A stretch of 32,000 nt of DNA, from positions 570,001 through 602,000 of the forward strand of contig OW818653.1 of the NCBI GenBank assembly GCA_942492995.1, read 5' to 3'. The position numbers and the translations under genes were made by a program. The notes beneath the pieces were generated by a model. It ran no database searches and was not told the origin of the DNA. It saw only the letters and a list, made by a program, of their open reading frames with translations. The stretch's first letter is position 1. Each line of letters begins with the position of its first letter. Source of the DNA: an uncultured Erysipelotrichaceae bacterium (GTDB lineage: Bacteria; Bacillota_I; Bacilli_A; Erysipelotrichales; Erysipelotrichaceae). Shown here in pieces: positions 1-8,569 of this stretch.

Positions 1-1053
1 ACCGTTACAAACTCAGTAATTCAACAAGATATGATAATATTTGGCAAAAAATTGAATTTAAATTTTGGGAGTTATTATATCTTCTTGAATTCTAGTTTAT
101 TACCAATCGATTCTACAATTTCCATTCTTCAACAACAATTTATATATGTTACAATCATCGTTTTTGTGTTATTTAGTATCGTTTCACTTATTATCTCAAG
201 TCGATTATCAAAACCGATAATAAATATGAAAAAAGAAGCAATTAAATTGGCGCATGGTAATTATGATGTTAAGTTTGAGAAGGGTGAGTTTACTGAATTT
301 ACTGAACTTGCGGAAACATTAAACTACACATCAGAAGAATTAAAAAAGATGGATGAGCTGAGAAAAGATTTAATCGCGAATGTATCACATGATATTAAAA
401 CGCCATTAACGATGATAAAAGCATATGCAGAAATGATTAAGGATATATCAGGTGATAATAAGAAAAAACGTGAACAACATCTTGATGTAATTTTAGATGA
501 AGTAAATCATTTAGATCATTTAGTTCAAGATATGACACAATTATCACAGTTCCAATCAAATGTAGTAACTCTTCAAAATAAGAATTTTAACGTAGTAGAT
601 CTTGTAAATGAATCGCTTAGATTATTGGATGGTTTAATTAAATCAAATAAAATTCAAGTTCAAATATTTGCGCCAAAAGAGGTAATTGTAATTGGCGATC
701 CATTAAAAATTAAACAAGTATTAATTAATTTTATAAATAACGCCATTAAATTTATCGGTAAAGATAATCAATTAGTAATTCAAATATTATGTGAAGAAGA
801 AACAGTAAGAATTGAAGTTATTGATCATGGCATTGGTATTTCAAGTGATGATTTACCTTATATCTGGGATCGTTATTTTAAAATTGATAAACATCATCAT
901 CGTAATGTTGCTGGAACTGGTTTAGGTTTAAGTATTGCGTCTGCGATTCTTAAGAGTCATGGATGTAATTTTGGCGTTACGAGTGAATTAGATAAAGGAA
1001 GCGTTTTTTGGTTTGAAATGAAATATGCTAAAAAGCCGGAACACGTACTATGA
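1..1053 (+). CDS. Sensor histidine kinase, 5'-truncated by the window edge
   Basis: The reading frame is open from nt 1 into the tracked ORF (31..1053). It has a TM segment (VTIIVFVLFSIVSLIISS) and a HAMP-like linker. Kinase motifs present: H-box 'NVSHDIKTPLT', N-box 'INFINNAIKF', G-boxes 'DHGIGI' and 'GTGLGLSIA'. Confidence 0.85.
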   Translation, partial: TVTNSVIQQDMIIFGKKLNLNFGSYYIFLNSSLLPIDSTISILQQQFIYVTIIVFVLFSIVSLIISSRLSKPIINMKKEAIKLAHGNYDVKFEKGEFTEFTELAETLNYTSEELKKMDELRKDLIANVSHDIKTPLTMIKAYAEMIKDISGDNKKKREQHLDVILDEVNHLDHLVQDMTQLSQFQSNVVTLQNKNFNVVDLVNESLRLLDGLIKSNKIQVQIFAPKEVIVIGDPLKIKQVLINFINNAIKFIGKDNQLVIQILCEEETVRIEVIDHGIGISSDDLPYIWDRYFKIDKHHHRNVAGTGLGLSIASAILKSHGCNFGVTSELDKGSVFWFEMKYAKKPEHVL

Positions 1054-1685
1054 GAACAATAGATTTTATTCCAAACACTGAACTAAAATTAATGCAAGAT
1101 TCACACCATTTTAAAATGACGTCTGATTCTATTCATCTCTGTGAGTTCATTAATGTGCGTAAGCGTGACAAAGTATTAGATGTAGGTTGTAATAATGGTG
1201 TTATTACAATGTTTGCTAAACTCAAAACAAATGGGTATTGTGTAGGGATTGATATTAATAATGAAGCAATTAAATTAGCCATCGAAAATGCGAATTTAAA
1301 TCACTTAACAAACGTAATGTTTGTTAATTCTTCAGTTCAAGATTATAATGATTCCAATTTTAACTTAATAATCTGTAATCCACCTTATCATAAAGATAAA
1401 ATGAATATTGATACTGCTAATTTTGATGGTAAGTTGACATTAGAAGAGCTTGCGCTAAATTCATTTAGATTGCTTACTGATAAAGGTCGCTGTGCGATTG
1501 TTATAAAATCAGAACGATTATCTGAATGCATCACAGTATTTAACAATTATAAATTTGGATTAAAAAGAATACGTTTTATCCATCATAGTATTAATCATCC
1601 ATCGAGTAGTGTTTGTTTAGAATTTATAAAGAATGGTGTTCAACAAACTATTGTAGAAGCGCCAATCATAAATCATGTGGGGTAA
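1050..1685 (+). CDS. SAM-dependent N6-adenine methyltransferase, TrmN6/YfiC-like (NPPY family)
   Basis: SAM-binding motif I 'VLDVGCNNG' and catalytic 'CNPPYH'. The ATGA overlap with the kinase stop suggests translational coupling. The substrate cannot be told from the sequence. Confidence 0.7.
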   Translation: MRTIDFIPNTELKLMQDSHHFKMTSDSIHLCEFINVRKRDKVLDVGCNNGVITMFAKLKTNGYCVGIDINNEAIKLAIENANLNHLTNVMFVNSSVQDYNDSNFNLIICNPPYHKDKMNIDTANFDGKLTLEELALNSFRLLTDKGRCAIVIKSERLSECITVFNNYKFGLKRIRFIHHSINHPSSSVCLEFIKNGVQQTIVEAPIINHVG

Positions 1686-1688
1686 AAT

Positions 1689-2375
1689 ATGAATGGAACA
1701 GTTGTAAATACAATAAGTATTATTGTTGGATCACTTATTGGCATAGGTTTAAAGAATGGATTTATTAAAGAAAAAAGTAATGCGATTATGGGGGCACTTG
1801 GATTAAGTGTCATTATTATAGGATTACAAGGTGTTATAAATTACAATGAACCATTAAGGCTTATTGTAGCATTAGCGCTAGGTGTACTAATTGGTGAAAT
1901 GATTGATTTGGATAACTACATTAATCGATTTGCTAGACGTTTAGAAAAGCGATTTTCTAGTGGTGAGGAAGGGCGATTTGCACAAGGATTTGTCGGTGCT
2001 AGTATATTATTTGGTGTTGGGGCAATGGCGATTATTGGATCAATCCAAAGTGGTTTAGAATCCAATCAAACAATCCTCTATACTAAATCGCTTTTAGACT
2101 TTATTTCCGCGATTGTATACGCTTCTACATTCGGTTGGGGAGTAATGTTCTCTGCGTTTGTTATTTTCATATATCAAGGTTTTATAACGCTTTTAAGCGT
2201 TGTGGTTGCTCCGTACTTAACAGATAGTGTTATACTCGATATCGGTGCAGTTGGGTCTGCACTTGTAATGGCAATTGGCTTAAATATGTTAAATATGACT
2301 AAGCTAAAACTAGCGAATTTCTTACCATCTATTTTCGTAATGTTAGTGATTTCTTTGGTTTTGTTAAACATTTGA
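1689..2375 (+). CDS. DUF554-family integral membrane protein (YqgA/YdfK-like)
   Basis: Polytopic and Gly-rich. The N-terminus 'MNGTVVNTISIIVGSLIGIGLK' is typical of DUF554. Function unknown. Confidence 0.65.
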   Translation: MNGTVVNTISIIVGSLIGIGLKNGFIKEKSNAIMGALGLSVIIIGLQGVINYNEPLRLIVALALGVLIGEMIDLDNYINRFARRLEKRFSSGEEGRFAQGFVGASILFGVGAMAIIGSIQSGLESNQTILYTKSLLDFISAIVYASTFGWGVMFSAFVIFIYQGFITLLSVVVAPYLTDSVILDIGAVGSALVMAIGLNMLNMTKLKLANFLPSIFVMLVISLVLLNI

Positions 2376-2399
2376 CAACAAATATAATTATGCTATACT
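2372..2399 (+). promoter_or_regulatory. Sigma-A type promoter for the rplU operon
   Basis: TTGACA (2372-2377), 16-nt spacer, TGcTATACT extended -10 (2391-2399). The -35 overlaps the DUF554 stop codon. Confidence 0.6.
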
Positions 2400-2400
2400 T

Positions 2401-2495
2401 ACTACGTTGTATTTCCAGATGGAATGCAACCGCACGTTAAGGTTTTTAAGCGCCTAAAAGGCCACCGCACACGGCGAGTCTCAAAAACTGAAGGA
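2401..2495 (+). promoter_or_regulatory. Putative ribosomal protein L21 leader RNA
   Basis: A ~100-nt structured, comparatively GC-rich leader lies between the promoter and the rplU RBS. It contains the hairpin guuguauuucc-agau-ggaaugcaac and a repeated 'ccgcac' motif. The position matches the L21-leader class known in Firmicutes. Not verified against a covariance model. Confidence 0.4.
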
Positions 2496-2505
2496 GGTGC
2501 AAAAA

Positions 2506-2817
2506 ATGTACGCAATTATCGAAACAGGTGGCAAACAACTTAAAGTAGAAGTTGGACAAAGTATTTTCGTTGAAAAACTTTGTGTTGAGCCAGGTGAAGT
2601 TGTTGTATTTGACAAAGTATTACTAGTCAATGCAAAAACCACAAAAGTGGGTACACCTTATGTGAAAGGTGCTACTGTTAGTGCGAAGGTAGAAAAACAA
2701 GGCAAGGAAAAGAAGATTATTATCTTCAAGTACAAGTCTAAAAAAGGTTCTACACGTCGTAAACAAGGTCATCGTCAACCTTACACAAAACTTGTCATTG
2801 AAGCTATCGAAGCTTAA
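2506..2817 (+). CDS. rplU: 50S ribosomal protein L21
   Basis: '[17 protein letters not shown]' is the canonical L21 N-terminus. AAGGAGG RBS at 2491-2497. The tracked GTG start at 2497 lies inside the RBS, so ATG 2506 is preferred. Confidence 0.95.
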   Translation: MYAIIETGGKQLKVEVGQSIFVEKLCVEPGEVVVFDKVLLVNAKTTKVGTPYVKGATVSAKVEKQGKEKKIIIFKYKSKKGSTRRKQGHRQPYTKLVIEAIEA

Positions 2818-2819
2818 GT

Positions 2820-3137
2820 ATGATTAAAGTTGAAGTTGTAAGAAAAAATCAGTTGATCCAGGAAATTAATATTTCTGGACATGCGGATGCAGGTCCTAAG
2901 GGATATGATTTGGTTTGTGCAGCGGTAAGTAGTATCGCTACAGGTGCTCTCAATGCATTAGATCAAATATGTTCTAAAGATGTGCAATTATCATTAATTG
3001 ATAATCCGGATGCAATGATTAAGATTAAAGTATTACAAAATCGTGACGATTTGCAATTGTTACTAAAGATGATGTTAATTCAGCTTAAAACAGTGCAAGA
3101 AAGTCAACAAAAATACATTCACATTAAGGAGGTGTAG
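2820..3137 (+). CDS. prp: Ribosomal-processing cysteine protease Prp (YsxB family)
   Basis: Sits between rplU and rpmA. Has the conserved 'GHADAG...DLVCAAVSS' His/Cys dyad region. Confidence 0.9.
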   Translation: MIKVEVVRKNQLIQEINISGHADAGPKGYDLVCAAVSSIATGALNALDQICSKDVQLSLIDNPDAMIKIKVLQNRDDLQLLLKMMLIQLKTVQESQQKYIHIKEV

Positions 3138-3139
3138 TC

Positions 3140-3424
3140 ATGTTGTTTAAGTTAAATATCCAATTATTTGCTTCTAAAAAAGGGGTTGGATCGACTCGTA
3201 ACGGTCGTGATAGTCACTCGAAGCGTTTAGGTGCCAAGAAATCAGATGGACAATTCGCAACGGCAGGTTCAATTTTATATCGCCAACGCGGTACTAAGAT
3301 TCATCCTGGTACGAATGTCGGACGTGGTGGTGATGATACCCTGTTTTCAAAAGTAGACGGTATCGTTAAGTTTGAACGTTTAGGCAAAGACAAAACAAAA
3401 GTTTCTGTTTATCCACAAGCATAA
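3140..3424 (+). CDS. rpmA: 50S ribosomal protein L27 with cleavable N-terminal extension
   Basis: '[10 protein letters not shown]|[15 protein letters not shown]'. The Firmicutes-type Prp cleavage motif precedes the mature ASKKG N-terminus. Confidence 0.95.
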   Translation: MLFKLNIQLFASKKGVGSTRNGRDSHSKRLGAKKSDGQFATAGSILYRQRGTKIHPGTNVGRGGDDTLFSKVDGIVKFERLGKDKTKVSVYPQA

Positions 3425-3447
3425 AATCCCGTTAAGGGATTTTTTTA
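3423..3447 (+). terminator. Intrinsic terminator after rpmA
   Basis: Stem aaaatccc (3423-3430) / gggatttt (3436-3443), loop gttaa, followed by a T-run to 3447. Confidence 0.8.
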
Positions 3448-3463
3448 TCGGAGGGTTAACCCA

Positions 3464-4735
3464 ATGTTTATTGATAGAGTAAAAATTAAAGTAAAAGCAG
3501 GTAAAGGTGGCGATGGTATGGCTTCCTTTAGACGCGAAAAGTATGTTCCATTAGGTGGACCATATGGTGGTGATGGAGGTAGTGGAGGAAGTGTTATATT
3601 CGAAGCAGATCCGAATAAATCAACGCTTTTAGATTTACGTTTTAACCGCCATATTGTTGCACAAGATGGGGCTAAAGGTTTAAATAAGAAAATGCATGGA
3701 GCGAGTAGTGAAGATATCATTATTAAAGTACCGATTGGGACGATAGTTAAAGATATTAAACATGACTTAATCTTGGCAGATCTAATAGAAGTAGGTCAAC
3801 AAGCTATCATCGCAAATGGTGGTCGTGGAGGTCGAGGTAATTGGCATTTTTCAACGAGTCGTAATCCTGCACCAGATTTTGCCGAAAAAGGTGAAATGGG
3901 TGAAGAAAAAGAAGTTGAAGTTGAGTTAAAGTTACTTGCAGATGTTGGACTTGTTGGATTTCCATCCGTTGGTAAATCCACATTCCTTTCAGTTGTAAGT
4001 AAAGCAAAACCTGAAATTGCTGCTTATCCGTTCACAACACTTGTTCCTCAATTAGGTGTTGTTCAAGTTGCGGATGGTCGTTCATTTGTATTAGCTGATT
4101 TACCAGGATTAATCGCTGGTGCACATCAAGGTAAAGGTTTAGGGCATCAGTTCTTAAAACATATTGAACGTTGTCGTGTACTAATCCATATTATCGATAT
4201 GGGGGCTGAAGATCATCGAGATCCAATTGATGACTTTAGAGTTATTAATGAAGAATTAGCTCAATATGAATTTAGATTAACAGAAAGACCACAAGTGATT
4301 GTTGCGAATAAAATGGATTTACCAGATGCACAAGAAAATTTAAAGAAATTTAAAGAAGCATATCCTGATCTTCCAGTTTATGAAACTGTAACATTAATCA
4401 GTGAAGGGTTAGATCAAGTTCTATACGCAGTTGCGGATATATTAGCTACTGCCACAACATTCATTCAAGATGAAATTCAAAATGAAGCTGTACATTACAA
4501 ATTTATTGAAGAAATTCCGTTTGAAGTTAAACAGATTAAAGAAAATACATATGAATTATTTGGTGATCGTATCGAACGATTATTCCATCGTGCAGATATT
4601 ACAACTGAGCAAGGTGCACAACGTTTTGCACGTCAATTAAGACATTTAGGTGTAGATCAAGCGATGCGTGCTAAAGGCGTTAAAAATGGCGATATTATTG
4701 TCATAGAGGACTACCAGTTCATATTTATGGATTAG
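3464..4735 (+). CDS. obg: GTPase Obg/CgtA
   Basis: Glycine-rich Obg fold 'KAGKGGDGMASFRREKYVPLGGPYGGDGGSGGS'. G1 'GFPSVGKST', G3 'DLPG', G4 'NKMD'. C-terminal OCT/TGS-like domain. Confidence 0.95.
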   Translation: MFIDRVKIKVKAGKGGDGMASFRREKYVPLGGPYGGDGGSGGSVIFEADPNKSTLLDLRFNRHIVAQDGAKGLNKKMHGASSEDIIIKVPIGTIVKDIKHDLILADLIEVGQQAIIANGGRGGRGNWHFSTSRNPAPDFAEKGEMGEEKEVEVELKLLADVGLVGFPSVGKSTFLSVVSKAKPEIAAYPFTTLVPQLGVVQVADGRSFVLADLPGLIAGAHQGKGLGHQFLKHIERCRVLIHIIDMGAEDHRDPIDDFRVINEELAQYEFRLTERPQVIVANKMDLPDAQENLKKFKEAYPDLPVYETVTLISEGLDQVLYAVADILATATTFIQDEIQNEAVHYKFIEEIPFEVKQIKENTYELFGDRIERLFHRADITTEQGAQRFARQLRHLGVDQAMRAKGVKNGDIIVIEDYQFIFMD

Positions 4736-4756
4736 TTGTTGTGTTATAATATTTCT

Positions 4757-5335
4757 ATGATCGCATTTATAAAAGGAAAAGTTCATAGTTTTAGTTTAGA
4801 TTGGGTTATTCTAGATTGTGGTGGAATTGGATATAAAATCTACTTCGCTCATCCTGAAAAACTTAAATTAAATGAAGATATGTTACTTTATACTCATCAA
4901 TACATTCGTGAAGATGAACATAGTCTCTTTGGATTTTCAACACAAAGTGATTATGAGCTTTTCATTAAATTAATTAGTGTAAAAGGAGTTGGTTGTAAAA
5001 CAGCCAATTCCATTTTCGCATCTAGTAGTACAGATCGATTGGTACAAGCTATAGAAGTTTCAGATATTGATTATCTAAAGAAATTACCTGGTATTGGAGC
5101 TAAAACCGCATCACAAATTATTCTAGATTTAAAGGGAAAACTAGTTTCTGAGCATAAAGATGATAGTAGAGTTCCTAAATCGATGAGTGATACATTTGAT
5201 GCGTTAAAAACACTTGGATATAAACAAGCTGAGTTAAATCCATTAATTAAGATACTTGAAAAAGATAGTGATCAATCAACAGACGCATTATTGAAACACA
5301 GTTTACAGATTTTAGGTCAAAAGAGGAGTAAGTAA
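4757..5335 (+). CDS. ruvA: Holliday junction branch migration complex subunit RuvA
   Basis: 'MIAFIKGKV...GGIGYKI...EDEHSLFGF...VKGVGCKTA...[20 protein letters not shown]' includes the HhH motifs. ATG 4757 matches homolog N-termini better than the tracked TTG at 4736. Confidence 0.9.
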   Translation: MIAFIKGKVHSFSLDWVILDCGGIGYKIYFAHPEKLKLNEDMLLYTHQYIREDEHSLFGFSTQSDYELFIKLISVKGVGCKTANSIFASSSTDRLVQAIEVSDIDYLKKLPGIGAKTASQIILDLKGKLVSEHKDDSRVPKSMSDTFDALKTLGYKQAELNPLIKILEKDSDQSTDALLKHSLQILGQKRSK

Positions 5336-5336
5336 G

Positions 5337-6341
5337 ATGGAAGAACGCTTATTATCATCCAATTTGATGCAAGAAGATGAGGACATGAATTTACGTCCTC
5401 AATTTTTAAGTGAATATGTTGGGCAAGAACATTTAAAAGAAAATTTAAAAATATTTATACAAGCAGCTAAGAATCGGTCTGAAAGTTTAGATCATGTATT
5501 ACTTTATGGTCCTCCAGGACTTGGTAAAACTACTTTAGCGTACATTTTATCGCATGAAATGGAACGTAATATACGTATTACAAGTGGACCGAGTATCGAA
5601 CGTTCTGGCGATTTGGCCGCAATATTAAGTACACTTGAAGCCGGTGATGTTTTATTTATTGATGAAATACATCGATTGCCTAAAGTTGTTGAAGAAGTAC
5701 TTTATCCAGCAATGGAAGATTATGCGATTGATATCGTAGTAGGTAAAGATGCGTCTGTAAGATCAATTCGTTTGGATTTACCACCGTTTACACTTGTTGG
5801 CGCAACGACTCGTGCAGGTGATCTAACTGCCCCATTAAGAGATCGATTTGGGATAGTAAGTAAATTAGAGTACTATTCAATAGATGAACTTGGTCTAATT
5901 ATTCGAAGAACATCACGAGTTTTAGAAACACCAATCGATGAAGAAGCGATTGTTGAGATTGCGAAGAGAAGTCGTGGAACACCTAGAGTTGCGAATCGTT
6001 TATTTAGACGAGTTAGAGATTTTGCGCAAGTTCTCAATGAAGGTACTATAAGCCTTAAAATCGCTAAACATGCACTAGATCGTTTAAAAGTTGATCATCT
6101 TGGTTTAGATGATGTCGATATTCGCTACTTAAAAGGTATAATAGAGCGTTTTAAGGGAGGCCCTGTAGGTTTAGAAGCGATTGCCTCTAGCATTCAAGAA
6201 GAATCAATGACGCTTGAAGATGTATATGAACCATATTTGTTGCAGATTGGTTTTATTAATCGTACTGCAAGAGGAAGAGTTGTTACATTAAAAGCGTATG
6301 AACATTTAGGTTTAAAAGTACAAGAGGGACTCTTTGAGTAA
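5337..6341 (+). CDS. ruvB: Holliday junction branch migration DNA helicase RuvB
   Basis: Walker A '[11 protein letters not shown]', Walker B 'LFIDEIHR', 'GATTRAG', '[10 protein letters not shown]'. GAGGAG RBS. Confidence 0.95.
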   Translation: MEERLLSSNLMQEDEDMNLRPQFLSEYVGQEHLKENLKIFIQAAKNRSESLDHVLLYGPPGLGKTTLAYILSHEMERNIRITSGPSIERSGDLAAILSTLEAGDVLFIDEIHRLPKVVEEVLYPAMEDYAIDIVVGKDASVRSIRLDLPPFTLVGATTRAGDLTAPLRDRFGIVSKLEYYSIDELGLIIRRTSRVLETPIDEEAIVEIAKRSRGTPRVANRLFRRVRDFAQVLNEGTISLKIAKHALDRLKVDHLGLDDVDIRYLKGIIERFKGGPVGLEAIASSIQEESMTLEDVYEPYLLQIGFINRTARGRVVTLKAYEHLGLKVQEGLFE

Positions 6342-6352
6342 CTCTTTTTTAT
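6322..6352 (+). terminator. Possible weak intrinsic terminator after ruvB
   Basis: Interrupted stem aagag-gg-actc / gagt-aa-ctctt followed by a T-run. It overlaps the ruvB stop. The imperfect stem makes this call weak. Confidence 0.35.
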
Positions 6353-6398
6353 TGTATTTTACTAATATTTTATTAAAATATATCAAAAACGAGGTTAT

Positions 6399-6755
6399 AT
6401 GAAAAAGAACATACTTTTTTTAGTTCTAGGGATATCAACATCTATGTTATCTAAACTATTACAGTTTTATACAAATTCAAACATTGGAGATATTATTGTA
6501 TTATTTTCTGCTATATTCTTTGTTTGTGCAATCGCGTTCTCCATCAGACAATTTAATATGTTATTTGAGGGTAGATTGACTAAAAAAGACGCAATAAAGG
6601 TCTTAACTTATACTTGTATCGATGTATTGATGTTTCAAATTATGATGATATTGGTTGTTAATACATACTTAATCGGTTTGATATTAATAATTCCTATCAT
6701 TGGTTTGAGTTATTTGAGTTTCATTAAATGGAAGACTATTTTAAGTATTAACTAA
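6399..6755 (+). CDS. Hypothetical small multi-pass membrane protein
   Basis: 118 aa with about four hydrophobic segments. GAGG RBS 7 nt upstream. No recognisable family. The 3' end overlaps the convergent HAD gene by 15 nt. Confidence 0.5.
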   Translation: MKKNILFLVLGISTSMLSKLLQFYTNSNIGDIIVLFSAIFFVCAIAFSIRQFNMLFEGRLTKKDAIKVLTYTCIDVLMFQIMMILVVNTYLIGLILIIPIIGLSYLSFIKWKTILSIN

Positions 6756-7406
6756 TTCGAGAATTTCATATAATGCTTCAACATCCAGACATGCCTTATT
6801 GGATGTTTTTATTATATGTTCATTTAGTGTTTCATCAAAATATGCCCATTGAGCCCATATAAAATCAACACTAGCATTCTTAGCCATTTCATAACCAACA
6901 GGCATATCGTCAATTACGAGTATTTCTTCAGCTTTAATGTTTAATTCGTTAATTAGTGTACGAATAGGATAGATATGTGGTTTTAGATTCTCAGGTCCAT
7001 GATCATACGCAAATACTAAATCGGGTTCAAACCCAAAATGATCTTTATAGTCTCTAATTATTTCTTTTGATTCAGAATATGAAACAACAACTATTTTACC
7101 GCCATGGTTACGAAACAAGTTTAAGAGTTCTTTCCAACCACTAAATGGTTGAGCTTGTTTAGTTTGAGTATGAGATTTCCAAATCTTATATTCAGTTTTC
7201 ATTTCTTCTTCACTAAACTGATATCTAACTTTACATAAATGTTCAAATCCATAAACAAAACAATGATGATTAAAATCACTAAAAGAGATAGGTTCAATAT
7301 TAGGTCTAAGTGTTTCTAATGTATGTAAAAAAGCAGGGTAGTGTATACTCTGTGAACTATTAACGACAGTATCATCGTGATCTAAAACTAAGCATTTATA
7401 TTTCAT
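6741..7406 (-). CDS. HAD-superfamily hydrolase (phosphatase-like, subfamily IA type)
   Basis: Motif I 'VLDHDDTVV' (DxDxT), motif IV-like 'VIDDMPVG', and an alpha-helical cap region. Confidence 0.8.
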   Translation of the reverse strand: MKYKCLVLDHDDTVVNSSQSIHYPAFLHTLETLRPNIEPISFSDFNHHCFVYGFEHLCKVRYQFSEEEMKTEYKIWKSHTQTKQAQPFSGWKELLNLFRNHGGKIVVVSYSESKEIIRDYKDHFGFEPDLVFAYDHGPENLKPHIYPIRTLINELNIKAEEILVIDDMPVGYEMAKNASVDFIWAQWAYFDETLNEHIIKTSNKACLDVEALYEILELVNT

Positions 7407-7442
7407 TTCATATATTTTACCATAAGTTCAAACATTTGCTTA

Positions 7443-7451
7443 TGGTATAAT
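7443..7451 (+). promoter_or_regulatory. Extended -10 promoter for murG
   Basis: TGgTATAAT lies 23 nt upstream of the murG ATG and just upstream of the AAAGGAG RBS. No good -35. Confidence 0.45.
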
Positions 7452-7474
7452 AACTAAGCGAAAGGAGACTTCAA

Positions 7475-8569
7475 ATGAAAGTTTGTCTAATAGCAGGGGG
7501 AACAGGTGGGCATATTTATCCAGCTTTAGCGCTTGCACAAGCACTAAAAGATCAAGATTCCAATCATGAAATATTTTTTATTGGAAATCATGAAAGAATG
7601 GAATCAACGCTCATTCCTCAACACGGTTATGCATTTGAAGGTTTATCCACAAAAGGTATCCAAGGAACAATTTTCCAAAAAATATATGCGTTATATACAC
7701 TTTTTTTTAATCGTTCTAAAGTTAAATCAATCTTGAATACATATAAACCTGATGTAGTGATTGGATTTGGTGGTTATGTTTGTGTTCCAGTAATATTAGA
7801 AGCTAAACGCTTAAAAATAAAAACATTTTTACATGAACAAAACGCAATCGCGGGTAAAGCAAATTTATTTTTGGCTAAACACGTTGATGCGATTGTCGCA
7901 AGTTATGAAAATAATCTTACTGAGTTTCCAAAGAACAAAACAAGATTATTGGGTAATCCTAGAACATATGTTTTTAAACAAGATAATGAAGTAAGTGATT
8001 TTTTTGAGTCTCATCAATTATCACGTTTAAAGAAAACTGTATTATTTGTGATGGGTTCTTTAGGTTCAGAATCAATTAATCACATCATGGGTGGTCTTTT
8101 GGAGTTGCTTGATCAAAGTAATATTCAATGTATATATGTAACTGGTAAAAATCATTATCAATCATTTATTGAAAGTAATGATGAAACAACAAATATAAAA
8201 ATTATTCCATACATCGATCAGAGATGTGTAATGCAACAGGTTGATTTAATGGTTACACGTGGTGGTGCTACAACAGCTGCTGAAATTATGGTTACAGGTT
8301 GTCCTTCAATAATTATACCAAGTCCTTTTGTCCCGAATAATCATCAATTTTATAATGCGAAAGCATTAATGGATAAAAATGCTTGTGTATTAGTTGAAGA
8401 GAAAACATTGGATAGTCAAAAATTGCGTGCTTTAATACTGGATTTACTTGATGATGAAAAACGTTTAAGTAACATGAAAGAAAATGCTAAAAAATTAGGG
8501 CATCCGAATGCGGCAAATGATTTTATCGATTGGATTTATGAGGAAATTAAAGATGTTAAATCTTATTAA
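7475..8569 (+). CDS. murG: UDP-N-acetylglucosamine--N-acetylmuramyl-(pentapeptide) pyrophosphoryl-undecaprenol GlcNAc transferase
   Basis: 'GGTGGHIYPALALA' N-terminal G-loop, 'GGYV', 'RGGATTAAE', 'QFYNA' (lipid II glycosyltransferase family 28). Confidence 0.9.
   Translation: MKVCLIAGGTGGHIYPALALAQALKDQDSNHEIFFIGNHERMESTLIPQHGYAFEGLSTKGIQGTIFQKIYALYTLFFNRSKVKSILNTYKPDVVIGFGGYVCVPVILEAKRLKIKTFLHEQNAIAGKANLFLAKHVDAIVASYENNLTEFPKNKTRLLGNPRTYVFKQDNEVSDFFESHQLSRLKKTVLFVMGSLGSESINHIMGGLLELLDQSNIQCIYVTGKNHYQSFIESNDETTNIKIIPYIDQRCVMQQVDLMVTRGGATTAAEIMVTGCPSIIIPSPFVPNNHQFYNAKALMDKNACVLVEEKTLDSQKLRALILDLLDDEKRLSNMKENAKKLGHPNAANDFIDWIYEEIKDVKSY

Noticed and set aside
7701-7708. T8 homopolymer in murG (and a second T8 in polC at 16945-16952) as possible phase-variation tracts
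   Set aside because: Both lie in essential genes with intact frames. Runs of this length are expected by chance in DNA this AT-rich.
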